From assembly GCA_951406725.2 (NCBI GenBank), contig OX597815.1, forward strand, positions 182,032,001-182,096,000: a DNA stretch of 64,000 bases, given 5' to 3'. The position numbers and the translations under genes were made by a program. Of this stretch, positions 63,801-64,000 are shown one piece after another. Numbering within the stretch: position 1 is the stretch's first letter; every line of letters begins with the position of its first letter. This DNA comes from Octopus vulgaris. Lineage: Eukaryota. A model generated the notes under the pieces. It did no database searches. It saw nothing but the letters and a program-made list of their open reading frames with translations, and was not told where the DNA came from.

Positions 63801-64000
63801 GCACAGACATACATAACCTCAACATAGTTCTCAGGGAGACTCAGCATTACACAGAATGGAACAAGGCTTGCTCTTTGATTTACAGCTGCTACTCAGTTTT
63901 GCAAAGTGAGTGGACAGGAGCAATGTGATACAAAGCGCTTTGCTCAAGAATGCAATGTGCCACCAAGACTTGAACTGTAAATCTTATGTTATTTACATTA

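Overview
AT-rich, repeat-dense animal genomic DNA, most likely octopus or another coleoid cephalopod (inferred from the SINE, LINE and microsatellite content). It looks intronic or intergenic, and no intact host gene can be supported. Nearly all listed ORFs come from microsatellites or transposon debris. Ordinary content: two abundant tRNA-derived SINE families, 3' ends of RTE, CR1 and Dong/R4 LINEs, decayed Tc1/mariner elements (including a DD37D maT), piggyBac- and hAT-type MITEs, and Helitron/Helentron-type elements. The striking signal is about 25-30 type I hammerhead-ribozyme-like motifs in at least 8 small non-coding repeat families. Many sit in asymmetric inverted pairs with about 11-12 bp target duplications, as Penelope-like elements do. 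One family joins a tRNA-type Pol III head to a hammerhead. Others keep all helices but change the catalytic core: G3-C8, U3-A8, U3-G8 or U6. All structures were read by eye and no cleavage activity is shown.
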